NCBI GenBank assembly: GCA_965649765.1
Contig: OZ287750.1
Coordinates: 5,146,001-5,210,000 of the forward strand
Direction of reading: 5' to 3'
Source: Bispira polyomma
Taxonomy: Eukaryota
DNA length: 64,000 nucleotides
Positions 28,030 through 40,451 of this stretch are shown here, one piece after another (the first letter of the stretch is position 1; the number at the start of each line of letters is the position of its first letter). The notes under the pieces are model-generated. The model was given only the letters and a program-made list of their open reading frames with translations. It ran no database searches and was not told where the DNA came from. Position numbers and translations under genes: made by a program.

Positions 28030-28340
28030 CTTCTGACAAGATACTACTATCTCATTTCAACATTTAGTATGCCATTCCCACAAGACACTATCCCATTACC
28101 ACAAATTAGTATGCCATTTCCAGAAGACACTATGTCATTCCCACAAAATAGTACATCATTCCCTCAAGATGGTATCTCATTCCAACAAGATAATATGCCA
28201 TTCCCAAAATGTACTATTTTATTCTTATAACATAGCATTTCATTGCCTTAAGATAATGTCTTCTTCCCAAAAGATACTGTATCATTCCAACGAGATAGTA
28301 CCTCGTTCTCCAAAGTAGTACGCTATTCCCAAAGGATATT
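28030..28340. repeat. Diverged ~22-23-bp minisatellite
   Basis: Recurring units like tatctcattcccacaagatag. Confidence 0.75.
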
Positions 28341-28563
28341 TTTTTTGTTTTTGTAGTATCTTCTTGGGACAAGAAAATGTTTGAAAATATAGGAACAACA
28401 TACTACCTCTTAAAGGAATAACATCTTGGCCGAGCAATAAAAATTCACGGTTAGCCTAACGCACCATCTGTCAGATATATATCGGCTGAAGCCAGTCGAT
28501 ATTGGCCGATTCACTATACGTACAGTGTGACCACTTGCATGTGTTACATGTACAGCAGATAAG

Positions 28564-28815
28564 GGGCCGCGGTGGCCTAGTGGTTAGCAAGCATTGCGCT
28601 TCACAATCACTGGTCTCTCACCTCTGGGCGGCGTGAGTTCGAATCCTGTCGATGCCCATGTGGGAAAGGTGGTAGTTCCTTACTGTGGGCCGCTGGTTTC
28701 AGTGCAGAACCTTGATCAACTGTATGCAGTGTTTCCTCCAGCGTTTCCAACTACCCGTCCCAATATAACCTAAACAGGTACTAGTGGACGTTAAATATCC
28801 AAATTAAAAAACAAA
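28564..28815 (+). mobile_element. Young full-length tRNA-derived SINE (family A, RUDI/V-SINE-like)
   Basis: A box GGTGGCCTAGTGG, B box GAGTTCGAATCC, core atgtgggaaagg...gtttcctcca, A-rich tail; perfect 16-bp TSD ATGTACAGCAGATAAG at 28548-28563 and 28816-28831. Confidence 0.92.
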
Positions 28816-30863
28816 ATGTACAGCAGATAAGATTAGATGTTCGCAGAAGCTTCAGTTTTTATCGGTCAGGGAGTGACAATAATCGACAAATCTTAATATT
28901 ATAGGGTGTTTTTGTGGAGTATGTTTTTCTAAAATGTGATTCCAATGAAATCAGCTGCATAGAAGCATAAATCAGGTGACATCTGCCAAAAAAAATATCG
29001 GCACATATTCAATCTGCTGACGTTACGATCAGGGACATTGAATCCTAGGATGCTTACTTTATGTATTTTTTTTTTCGAATCTGTGTCTGCAGTTTATAAA
29101 AAATCTATTAGTTTAAAAGCTTCAAACCCTTCAGATGTAGTGGCTGTTATTTGAAAGCAACTAACTGGTATATATGTCCATATGCAGGGAGGACAACAGA
29201 GACCTCACTAAAAACTGTCACCAATTCTTGTCAAAAATGATTACATCACTTCTAAAGATAAAAAGGGGGTGGGATGGCAGAAATTAATTTAGTGGCTCCA
29301 AATACAAAGTTGTTGCTGTGCTGTAACCCTACCCCCGCCCCCCCCACCCCCTTACCCCTATGAGCGGGGGCCCCCTCCCTCTATTAAAAGTCTACTAGCA
29401 GGGAAATTACATTTCTACCCAGATGGTTACTTTTATATGTGCCTGTTATTTGATTTAGAGGAGGACTAATCAAAAGAGATTTGTCTGTTTATTTTTACGG
29501 AAGGCCTGGGACTTCTAAGGGCAAGGATGGGTAGGTTGACAACATTGAGTTGGTCTGAAAGGGATTGCAGTTTGGGACAGGACCTATTTTAGGTAGGAGA
29601 CCTTCTAAGGTGATCGTTAAGGGTATAGATTTACTGTTAATATTCATAAAAGCATATATTTTTCTTATAGGGGGAACTGATTAAAGTTTATTCAGTTTAT
29701 TTTTGTTAAAATACAATGTTTTGTAAGAAAAATTAATTAATAAATTGCTGCAGAAATACAATGTTTTATGTGTGTTTCCTGTCTGGTAACGTGCCATAGC
29801 TGACCAAATTAGAAAATAGGTCAAATCACTGATCGAATAAGATACTACTGCAGCCCGGAATGTCACTCAGAACCGAAATAGACCTCCAAAAGTGTATATT
29901 AGATTTACACAAAGTGGCTTTCACCTCGACCTGCCTTTTGAAAGGCTATTCTTGTTTATAATTCCCTGAGCATATCTAGTGGGACTGTATCATCTTTTTT
30001 ATACCTCTGTTTTTAACACCATGCACTCTTAAGGGGAAAAGGAGGGCCAGGGGAGCATACTAATGTAGGATATTTTTCTTACCTTAGTGACTCTGAGACA
30101 TAAACTGTGACTTTGATTAGAATCAGTCGAATTTTGATAATGCATACCGTCATTCCAGCTGAAGATTTTTTTTGCGGGTTATCTACAGCTGAGCATTAAT
30201 TTTTAATTAATTTCTAGCCTACTCAAATCAAGACAGCTCCAACTCTGTCATCCTACAAAGGAGTATGCTTATAACTTATATGTTCCAGTTAGCTTTCCCT
30301 GCTTAGTGGGTTCATGTCCTAGTGCTTATTAGATGTATGGACTGGATAATATATTGCACTTTTCGGGGGTATGCCTTGGAGATGGTTTTAGTGTACTATA
30401 AAAAAAGTGCAACATTACATTACTATTTGACCCAAGTGATTTTTATATACAAGGTCTGCTAAATTATTTCTATAGTGGGTATATATAAATATTTGTTTTA
30501 TTCGTTATTTTTCTGGATCTGTATCTCCACTACAGCATGGCACGCAAAATTTTGATGATTGTCCCCATGTTTCAAAATTGTAGTTCTGAGACAAAACCAT
30601 GTCATAGAGTTAATAGCATAGTAGCCATATGGTTAATTGAAAGCATGTTCAGTCACCAAAGCAATAATCCATGACATTAAGGTATATGTAACTGGTGTGA
30701 TAAAATGTCAGGTATATCTATATATCTATATATTATACGTGTGTTTACCGCAGTTATCTGCCAGTTAGACACAAGACTACTAACCTGCTTTGTTCAATTA
30801 TTAGCAATATCTGGCACCTGGTATAGCAATGCCTTAGTATAATCTTAGGCTGTGTTTCTATCT

Positions 30864-31005
30864 AGGAGTCATAGTGGCCTAGTGATTAGAAGTGCTCGCT
30901 TCACAATCGCTGGCATCTCACCAATGTCGGTTTGAATGGAATTTGTTCATTTGTGTGGCAAACTTTGTCAGGTACTCATATTAACCCTCAGAAAACTGAC
31001 ATCTT
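30864..31005 (+). mobile_element. Partial family A SINE
   Basis: gtggcctagtgattag...cgcttcacaatcgctgg...aactttgtcaggtac. Confidence 0.7.
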
Positions 31006-31640
31006 AAAGGCAAATATGTGGCATGTGGATACCTTTTTAGGTTTCCCTCGCCCTTGCGAGCTATTAAATCAGTATCCCTGTACAGATCAAATCTTAACTA
31101 AGATTTCATTCTGGTTGTATCTTCATACTTCTCAGCACATGGTCTTACACAGTCTGTTAATATTGGACCGTTTACCTGTATTATTACACCAGGCTTAGCT
31201 TCATTGGAACTTGTCCATACACAATTAAGTACCAGTAACTGAAGTAGATTTCATCTGTGCAATGTTTCTTTACTTTTAACACCTGCTAAATTATAGATGC
31301 TCAAACGTCTGATGTAGTATATTATAATAGTTCATTATAATTCATAGGTACCAAAGATATACGATAAGGCACTATTTTCTATGTAATCAACAAGGTATGT
31401 GTTAAACTGTAACAACAATAACCAATCTTATTAATATTGTATGGTAAAAGTGACTTATATAAGCCCACTGAGACTGGGAAATTTCTTATTTACATGTGTT
31501 GCAAATTGTATGCCACTATAATAAATAAATTAAATTAAAATACCACTGAAGTTCTACGGAAACATACAGAAGATGTCAATTAATATATATTATTTAGTTT
31601 AAGACCAAAAATTACCAAAGTTTTACTTCTTTACAAATTG

Positions 31641-31917
31641 TCTCCTCCACTAAGGAGGTTACTTTTTCACCCTATATATATATCGGTTTGTTTGTTGGTT
31701 GGCTGGTCGATTTGTTGGTAGGATTACGTTAAAACAACTATAAAGCAATTTTGACCAAACTTTGTGCAGGACATAAGACAAGAACTGATTTTGTTGCAGA
31801 TCCGGATTAAAGTGAGTACTGGGTACTTACCGTATACTTTAATGAGTACCTAAAGTCACAGACCATTTTTAATTTTGTACCCGATGAAGGCTGTTTACTA
31901 CTGAGTGCTGTTGTTTC
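31641..31917 (+). mobile_element. Helentron-associated non-autonomous element (HINE/DINE-like)
   Basis: 5' hairpin CCTCCACTAAGGAGG, GTTT/GTTG microsatellite, accaaacttt, gcagatccggat, 3' ctactgagtgc. Confidence 0.6.
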
Positions 31918-32494
31918 ACTTGTTTACTGACTGACATAGACTCGGCTACTGTATCTTTTTGAAAAATAATAACTAAAAAAAAAGATGAGGTTTTCTCCCC
32001 ATTACTTTAACATCAAACATACCCTAACTCACCCCAGCCACCACCAAAACAATGGGAGATCAATTAACACACACTAGAAGATAGCCACTATGGGGTATCA
32101 GGGGAATGCACTGACTTCAATCATCATTTCACACACAACCCAGGGCCTGTATCTTCCAAAGAAACTCAAAACTGAGACTCAGATTTAAGAGAAGACTATG
32201 TGGAAGTCTCTGTATGTGGAAATAACCTACACTTGTGACCATTCCTTTTAATAGAGCTTTCAGCGCTGAATTCAAATATGCAGTCAGATTTTTCCTTTTT
32301 TCCCCTATTTCTAGATGCATTAGGGAGATGATAGATTTGAGTTTAACTCGGTTTTATTTTGAGATTTGTGGAGAATGTTGCTACAGACAGCTTGAGGGAA
32401 ACCTCTGCCCAGTCTTATAATACTTGGCATAATATAAAAGTCTGTGTAACATTCAACTCACCAACTCTTATTTCATAGAAACATGTGAGGTATT

Positions 32495-33453
32495 TGCCTC
32501 TCTCCCTCAATCCACAAAACGCAGATACTAACATAGACCTACTTGCAGACTGTCTGATGTCCAGGCGTGGATGAACTACTCCAAACTAAAGCTTAACCCT
32601 GACAAAACAGAATTCATCCTCATAGGAAACAAGAAAAACAGTGAACTCCTAAAATCATTGTTTCCCATCTCCCTGCTGGGAAAAGACATACTACCTTCCG
32701 AAAATGCTAAAAACCTGGGTGTCACTTTTGATTCAGCTTTTTCGTTCGATACTCATGTTGCCAACATCTGTCGCTCCTGCTATTACCACATACGCGACAT
32801 CACAAGAATCAGAAACCACTTGTCCATGGACACAGCGATAACTGTGGCAAATGCCCTTGTGAGTAGCCGCCTCGACTACTGCAATTCTCTCTTGTACGAA
32901 GCAAACAAGTCAAACATTAAAAAGCTGCAGTCCATCCAAAACTACCTATGTAGAGTCATTTTTCGCCTGGGTTGTCGCACAGACGTCAATCCTTACCTCA
33001 AAAAATTACACTGGTTGCCCATGAAATCTCGAATTTTGTTTAAGATTCACGTTCCCACTTTTAAGGCTGTAGTCACTCAACAGCCCCCCTACCTTGCCTC
33101 CCTTCTTTCCTTCAGTAACCGCAAGAGAGGCAACAGACTCTCTGTCACTTTGGTCAGACTAATCAGAAAGGCGGGTTTAAGAGCGTTCTCCACTGCAGCT
33201 CCACGGTTATGGAACAGTCTCCCAGTTGACCTCAGATCAGTTGACACACTTATCGGTTTTAGGAAAAGCTTAAAACCTATCTTTTTAATTTTGCATACCC
33301 ACCTTAGCTTTCCTCGTGCACGCTCCCACTTCCTTCCTTACGACTTTGCAATGTCCATGGACTTAATGATTGGACTAATGATTCTGCTGTTGCACTTTAG
33401 AAGATGACTAGCATCAATAAAGCGTGTTAAAAATCTATAATAATAATAATAAT
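32495..33453 (+). mobile_element. 5'-truncated L2-clade (CR1-group) LINE: RT C-terminal part, 3'UTR and (TAA)n tail
   Basis: WMNYSKLKLNPDKTEF, KNLGVTFDS, SRLDYCNSLL, LHWLP, AAPRLWNSLP. A frameshift hides the natural end LKTYLFNFAYPP* (TAG 33305-33307); another frameshift lies near 32555; tail (TAA)n ~33438-33453. Confidence 0.92.
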
Positions 33454-33698
33454 ACTATGACGTCACTGCCGTATATTTTACATCAATGTTATATGTATAT
33501 AATTGACAATTTATAAAATGATGAGTGAACAGCTCCTTTAAATTATATATTAGCTAATTATTAATACCACTGCTACTTCTGTTGCAACAGTATTTTTTTT
33601 TTTTGCTCATATCTAGTTATTTATTCATGTTTACTGAGTTATCAATGATATTACAGTAAAAAATAGTACATAATTTGTTTAGCCACGGTTGTAAGTAT

Positions 33699-33755
33699 GG
33701 GCGGGGGGGGAGGGAGGGGGGCAGGGGAGGGAGGGGGGCAGGGGGGGAGGGGGGG
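33699..33755 (+). repeat. G-rich tract, potential G-quadruplex
   Basis: Many consecutive runs of 3 or more G with 1-4 nt loops. Confidence 0.7.
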
Positions 33756-34297
33756 TAACTCGATGAAAAATCTATGAAAGCTTTTTTTTTTCAAGAATTA
33801 AAGTGTAATCTACTCCATTTTGAGTAAAAAATGTTTTGTGCTATTACTCTTAAAACTGGGTTTCATTTATTATATGACCAGATGATAGTCTAACGTCCAA
33901 TCAATCTACTTGCACTATCCAACAGAAAAAACTATTTTACTTGGGCTAACATTCTTTTGTATATATACCAAATAGTCTATATGATTAAGTTAATTTGGAG
34001 ACTGATATTTAAAAGGAGGAACCATAAAATTTGCACTTTCGTGTAATTAGCTTCCCACAAAGACGTATTCTGTGGGTAATTTCATCCAATGTTATGAGTA
34101 ACTTGAGCAGATTCATGTAATTTCCACGTCTGCGGGTTTTTTTTACAGTTCCTTTTATTGAAACTGCTGTATTTTCTGTCTGCAAAAAATATAGATTCAA
34201 AGAGTTTGTCTTTAACAGTTCACACAAATGTATTTTCCAGCTGTCGTGGATTAGTGATATTTTTTCTTTAGCCAACACTACTTTTAAATCTTACTAA

Positions 34298-34518
34298 AGG
34301 CTTGGTCTCATTTAGATGAACGTTCATCAGTATTCGTTGCATCAGGTTTATGGTTCTTTATCCACGTATAGGTCACCTCGTCACCCCCTACAACCTTCCC
34401 TAAAGCGCTTCTAATGGAGGCAACCCTGAAACGAAGTTAAAACGTATAGTCACTGATCGAGACGAAGACATTTGTGGAGCATTCGTAACAGCCATCCGTG
34501 TAAATGAGACCTGGGCAT
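34298..34518. mobile_element. Degenerate MITE
   Basis: Inverted termini GGTCTCATTTA / TAAATGAGACC; CpG-rich interior. Confidence 0.55.
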
Positions 34519-35265
34519 ATAAGACTTAGAGGATGTGTCATTGATGTACACAAGACAATTATATAGAGCTGTCTGTCAGCTACTTGTCCCAGAGGTGTTA
34601 GCAGTTTAGAAAACAATATCTAGCTGCAAAAATTTGAATTTATTCACCCATTAATTATTCCTACCATTTTAATTCTCCTTATTTTGGTCGATTTATTTTA
34701 TTAACCTTCTTCATATCTATATAGCTAATAAACCGTATAATGCTTTTGATATTGTAAATATTTTATAAAATACCTTTAGAAAAAAGCTGCTAATAAATAA
34801 TTAAATAACCTCATTCTATATGGCTTGGATTTGGATCCCTTTTGTCAGATATTAATCAATAGTGAAGCGTCACTCGGGGGTGTTTTTATGACAATCTATG
34901 CATATAAGCGTGAAGAATCAATTTGTGTCCCAAAAAATTGATTGTAACAAATCAGTATGAACAACAGTTATCCCTGAAAATTGGGCTAAATTCTGGAATT
35001 CACTTGACAGGAATAAGGGTCGAGTTCCCGTATCTACTCTCACAACATTTTGGAGGTTTTTAGTATGTTATCCTAAAGTTTAGTATTAATAAGTTATCAT
35101 AAAACAATTTATTCATACACCAAAATCCAAAAGGTCGTGTCTGGTGTAGTGATTTCTATCATCACTTTTTTTTAAAAAAACTCTCTTAAAATTTTGACAT
35201 TATCTTTAAGTTAAACAAGAATTTTTTTTGTTTTTTTTAAAAAAAGACATCGGCGCACAGTGTGA

Positions 35266-35519
35266 CTGACACCCCTCAGTTTGGACAGGTCGATTACATC
35301 CAACCAATCCATGAAGGCCTTACATATTATTTCCAACATGACGGCTGTGACTGATAATCGCCTGATAATATAAATCTGACACCCCTCACTTTGGATGGGT
35401 CGATCGCGTCTAACCAATTCATGAAGGCTTTACATATTTTTCTAAGATGGCGGTACATTTTTCAATGGTAGCAACCTTGTCAGAGTAAAAATAACATCAG
35501 GCTTCGCCTGATCAAAAAT
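35266..35519. mobile_element. Hairpin-terminated interspersed repeat with an internal ~110-bp tandem unit (probably Helentron-related)
   Basis: Two units beginning ctgacacccctca.tttgga; terminal hairpin ATCAGGC-TTC-GCCTGAT (35496-35512) followed by an A-run. Confidence 0.65.
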
Positions 35520-38224
35520 CTACATGCGAAACACCATTGTGCCTATATTTGAAAGGCAATACACCTTAGCTGGGCACCAAAAAAATGTCAACATTCCGGT
35601 CATTATGGAGGCATGACGTATTACCGAATGGGCAAGTCCTGTGACGGAAGGGAAGCCATTAATCACCGGATTGGAGCCTTTTAACTGCTCGCTGGTTAAT
35701 TTGTGTTGTCGTGTCTGCATAAAAGTCAACAACAAACACCCTACCCCCTCCACCCTCCCCACCTCAACATTCTTTTTCAAAAGAGACAGAAATCTCTTTC
35801 TACATACCTCCGTGTATAGGGGGATTTAGGGGATTATGGGAAGTAAAGTTCTGGAGTTAGACCACTATTACTTTTGTCATGTTATGTTACAGCATTTGCA
35901 CTATACTGAAGTCCGCTGAAAAACTGGCCCTACAAATCATATATCAAATTAAACATCAATCATAACCGGAATTTTTAGTATAAATGAAAACATGTCTGAA
36001 TTATTATTGGTTTTTTTGTTTGTTTTTTTTTTTTTTGTTTTTTTTTTTAATTTCCTGTCAAATCCAAGAAAGGCCCTTAAACAAATAGCTTCTGAATATT
36101 TATCTTAGTGAATTATCTTTTGCAATACATTTGAAATTATTCAGTAGTCATTTCCTTTCAATATCTGTGTATATATTCGCCAAAGTTATAATTGTTTACT
36201 ACTTTTATAAATTTTAGTTGCAACCTTATCCATTCCCTTTCGTTTCTACCTCAATACTGTGTAACCAACAAGCCTTTAATACTAAAGTCATTCCTTTTTT
36301 TCATAATACAAGGGACTCCATTTTAAATAGAGACAGGGTTTTTTCACACACTCTCTTCAAAGTAATCAAGATTATATGACATAAATAATCAACCAAATAT
36401 ACATGACATGGCAAGAATTAATATTGTGGTTTTAATTAGGAGAGTATATAAATTGATAATCTCTTCATAACCTAGGAGTGTGTAATTTTTTGTGATAATT
36501 AATAAAGCAGCATAAATAGCAAGTTATGTATTTAGGGTTTGGAAATAAAAGAAGAAAGGAAGCGAATGCAAAGCACCTGATTTAGACTGACATCTAAATG
36601 GCAAGCTTTGTTAATCTCCATTCATCCTGCAGATATTCCCAGCACTCATAATAAGGACTAAACTAGTCTTTATCCACAGAGAAGAACTACATTTCTAATA
36701 TAAACAGCCCCCACCCCCCCCACCCCCACCCACCCTCTTCTCCACCCCCCACCTCAATACAGAGCTATTTAATGGAACTTCACATTGCATGGATATCAAA
36801 ACAGAGTCTACTATACATCAGTTCTTTTCACATGTATGTATATTTTGTGAGACATCTCATTTGTCAAAAAAAGAAGGCTTTTCCTTTGATTTTCTTCAGG
36901 TGTACCATTTGTCGATTTAATATAAATAATGTATAATGCAAAACCTGAAAATAGATTGAAAATATGTCAATACAATTATGTAAATATCCCGGGATATCTT
37001 AAAATCATCTTTCTGGTAGAGAAATTTATATAATCAATTGGAATTTTAGCTGCAAGAAAATGTCACTGAATTACCATGTTTGAAAAATTCTCTGAAATAA
37101 ATTTTGACGAATTTCAATTTTCACTAGAAATGACTTTTCACTATCCAAGCTCATTGGTTAAAATGGCAAAAATTGATTGCTAGTGAAGGCTTCCACTAGT
37201 TCAGTAGCTTACAATAATTTCTTATAATAATTAACGCCCAGAAGCCGCATAGAAATGGCTTTACGGTCAAAGCTCCTTCAAAACCTAAAGAAAATAAACT
37301 CATTTAGGATACTAAAAACATACTGAAAACATATATATAGATATGCACACATTGCATACACCCTCAGTAATGTCTGATACATATACTACTTTGTAAATGA
37401 CATCAAAAGATAAAGCAATAAATAAGTTTATTATCATCCATAAGATTTGATACAGCTGAGGAGAATTAGGAAGTGGATTTTCAATCATATATGTGTCAAC
37501 ATATAAACACCTGCATATAATGCTGCTTTAATGTGCAAGAACTGCTATTATATTGGTATATCAGTGATTCTCTGGCCTTAAAGTCACGCTTTAAAGTCAT
37601 TTTGGCTTCAAATTACATGGCCATGTATATTACCTTTTTGATCATGCAGAACACGGAAGTCAGGTGACCATATAATTTTAGCCGTCAGGAAGTTAACATG
37701 AAAAACCAACAGTTTAAGTCTTCTAAAGCCTGAGTCTACGATAGTCTTAGTATCTGTTATTAGAAATCATACAAATAAGATTTAATCTGGAATATGTTCT
37801 GTCAATAAATGAAAGATCATTTTCTGTGTCACGTGTGAGGATCAAATACTAGTGCCCTTCTATGCATGTGCTCACATCAAGACTACTTATCCCTCAAGTG
37901 TAAACAGATATCACATTGTTCATATATTAATATATCTATGTAAATAACTCACTACAATAACAGTTACACATAATGCCACAAATTGGTAATTTATATATAC
38001 TTTTATGTTGTCAATTCTTTGATGTCTTCTGGGCTTTTTAAACGGAAATTCTACTTACACATACAAACTGTATGATAAAAACTGGAAGAAATGCAGGTAT
38101 TTTAAAGTGACTCCCTGCAAGACTGGGTGCTGGAGGAGGAAGGGGGGGGGGGGGGTCAATAAAACATACACACACACACACACACAGGCACTCTCGTTCC
38201 TAATGCAATTGCATGTTGTATATG

Positions 38225-40451
38225 TAGCAGTCAGAGGTTTAAGCCGTTGTATTACAATTGTAGAAATCACAAAACCAAGTCAATGAAGAATACCTTCAGT
38301 ATGCAAGCAAAAGTAGGATTTCATTTTTTTTTTCTGTGTTTAAAAAGAGAATTTTATATATTAATGGGAAAAAAACACTCCAGTAAGTTTTAAAGATACT
38401 GGAGCAAAGAGGAAAGGGGAATGGATTAGTATGCTTTGCATGGACTAAGAGTAATTAGTAATGGAAATCAAAATAAGACACAGTTCAAAAGTAACAAGTA
38501 TAAAATGCTTGATTCTTGCTGACAATGACTTGTGGGTACCGGTTTTAATGAGAAATAAATTGTGATTTTTTTATGTTGTAAAAGAAAATGGACGTAAAGT
38601 GTGCCGTTCATGTGCCTACTATTAAAGACTAGAGCTAAGGATGAGTTCCTTATAAACTGTATATACTATCTACAGTGTTAATACTAGGATTTGGGTTAGA
38701 AGGTTGTAGAGTTGGTGGGTTTCAGTAGGACGCCTGTAACTAGAAATGTATTCAAAACAGTTAAAGATGTTGTATTGTGGGGAATTTGTTGCAAAAACAA
38801 ATATCAGCTATTAAAGGAATCATTCTAGATCATCATTGGATATCTAGCTGGGTTTTTTTTTTTTTTTATTTAACATATTTATATATGTTACAAAAACTCA
38901 AGAGAAGAATGGATTTTTTTAACAAATCTCTGGGATAGTCTAAAAAGTGGGAGATTTTTCTTTTTCTTGTGTGGACCACAAGAACAGTGGGGTGAATGTA
39001 ATACATATAAAAGGAATAAGAAGACTATGTGCCTTTTTTACATTAGATCCCTACTGGATCTTTAAATACAACCAAAAATCATTGAGAGAGTCCACCGTTG
39101 ATGGGTTTTAGGTGTACGCCCAAGTGGATGAGAAGTATTCTGTACAAAGAGCCAGCAGGATAACATTAAGGGTCAGATATTGGTGGTGGTAGTGTGGTGT
39201 GTTCGGTGAGGGGCACTAAAACTCCTGGTCAGTACTGGCTATATAGAAGCTTCTACTTAGGTATTTATATCCCTATGTCACCATGGTTACAGGGGGATTA
39301 AGATAGATAAACAAACAACTGGATTCATCTATGCGGAATTTAGTGTTAAAATAAGGATAGTCACGTGATTATTTTTTATTTTCTTTGAAAAAAAATAAAG
39401 AAAGTTCAAACTAAGTTCACTTAAATTAAGACTTTAAGAAGGAATTTTAGAGTTAGATGGCAAAACTTTATGTTTTGAGTTTTTATATATACAAGGATAG
39501 CATCAATAATGGAGGAAATATTTTATTAAAGTAGACACAAGATAACATTAGTGAACAAGCAGGAATACACCACACTACTAAGAATGCTTATTAATGTTTC
39601 ATTAATAATATTTTGCCTGGATCTTTTACTATGGTTGTGTGTTGTTCTGGATATCTCTAAAGAGAGAATAAAAAAGGTGTAATGTAGACAATATAACTAT
39701 TCATATTTATCTGGATTTCAGCATATATACAGGTAGTTCACCATATACTTCTTGTGGCAGGTCATTTAGCTGTTGTTACTTTACCCTAACTGGATATAGA
39801 TATATTTATATGTACTGGGAGGGCTTGTCTTAATGATTTAGTATTTGGATAAATAAATACTCCATGCTTTATCAGTAGTAACTCCGGACTAGCCAGGTAG
39901 TAGAAAGACCTTAGGTGAGCTTATCTGAGCTGGAAACTAAAGCTGACTTCATGGGTATATATATATGGCAGTTCGTCATCACAAGTGAATACTTAATATG
40001 ACTAATTAATGAAAAAGTGAGTTTGTACAATATCATGGATAACTAACTGCCTATAAAGGTATATAGGACGTGTCAGGATAACAATGGTTTATCATTTTAG
40101 TGGTGCTTATTTCCTATGCTATTTTTCCAATGTGTGTAATGCACCATCTAGTGTAATTTGTTGTTTACTTTTGTTGCTGAAGACCAATTGTATATATGAT
40201 ATTTTTGATGGATTAGGAGGCCTTAGAAATGTAAGTTAGATGAAGCTTTTTTAAATCGTAATTTGCATTGAAACCAAAAAAATCATATGAACAAACAGAG
40301 ATGAAGATTAAAAGGAAAACGTTTTGATTACTTTCTATGCTGTATAATTTTCTCTTGATGCTTTATTTCATGACTGAAAGGGACAATATTTTGTACTATT
40401 GGATTTTAAACAATTGAAATACTTAACATATGAGAATATCTAAAAGCTACT
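38225..40451 (+). promoter_or_regulatory. Putative long 5' leader / 5'UTR of the NPR-like gene
   Basis: No recognisable TE; no polypyrimidine+AG acceptor directly before the ATG; plus-strand GGAT enrichment; preceded by a G-tract and (CA)n at ~38135-38186. The start coordinate is approximate. Confidence 0.4.

Noticed and set aside
28564-28650. tRNA gene
   Set aside because: A/B boxes are present but there is no complete cloverleaf, and it continues into a SINE body with tail and TSD.
33270-33407. Tail of the 278-aa ORF as real protein
   Set aside because: Frameshift artefact; the natural L2 end LKTYLF...AYPP* is in another frame.
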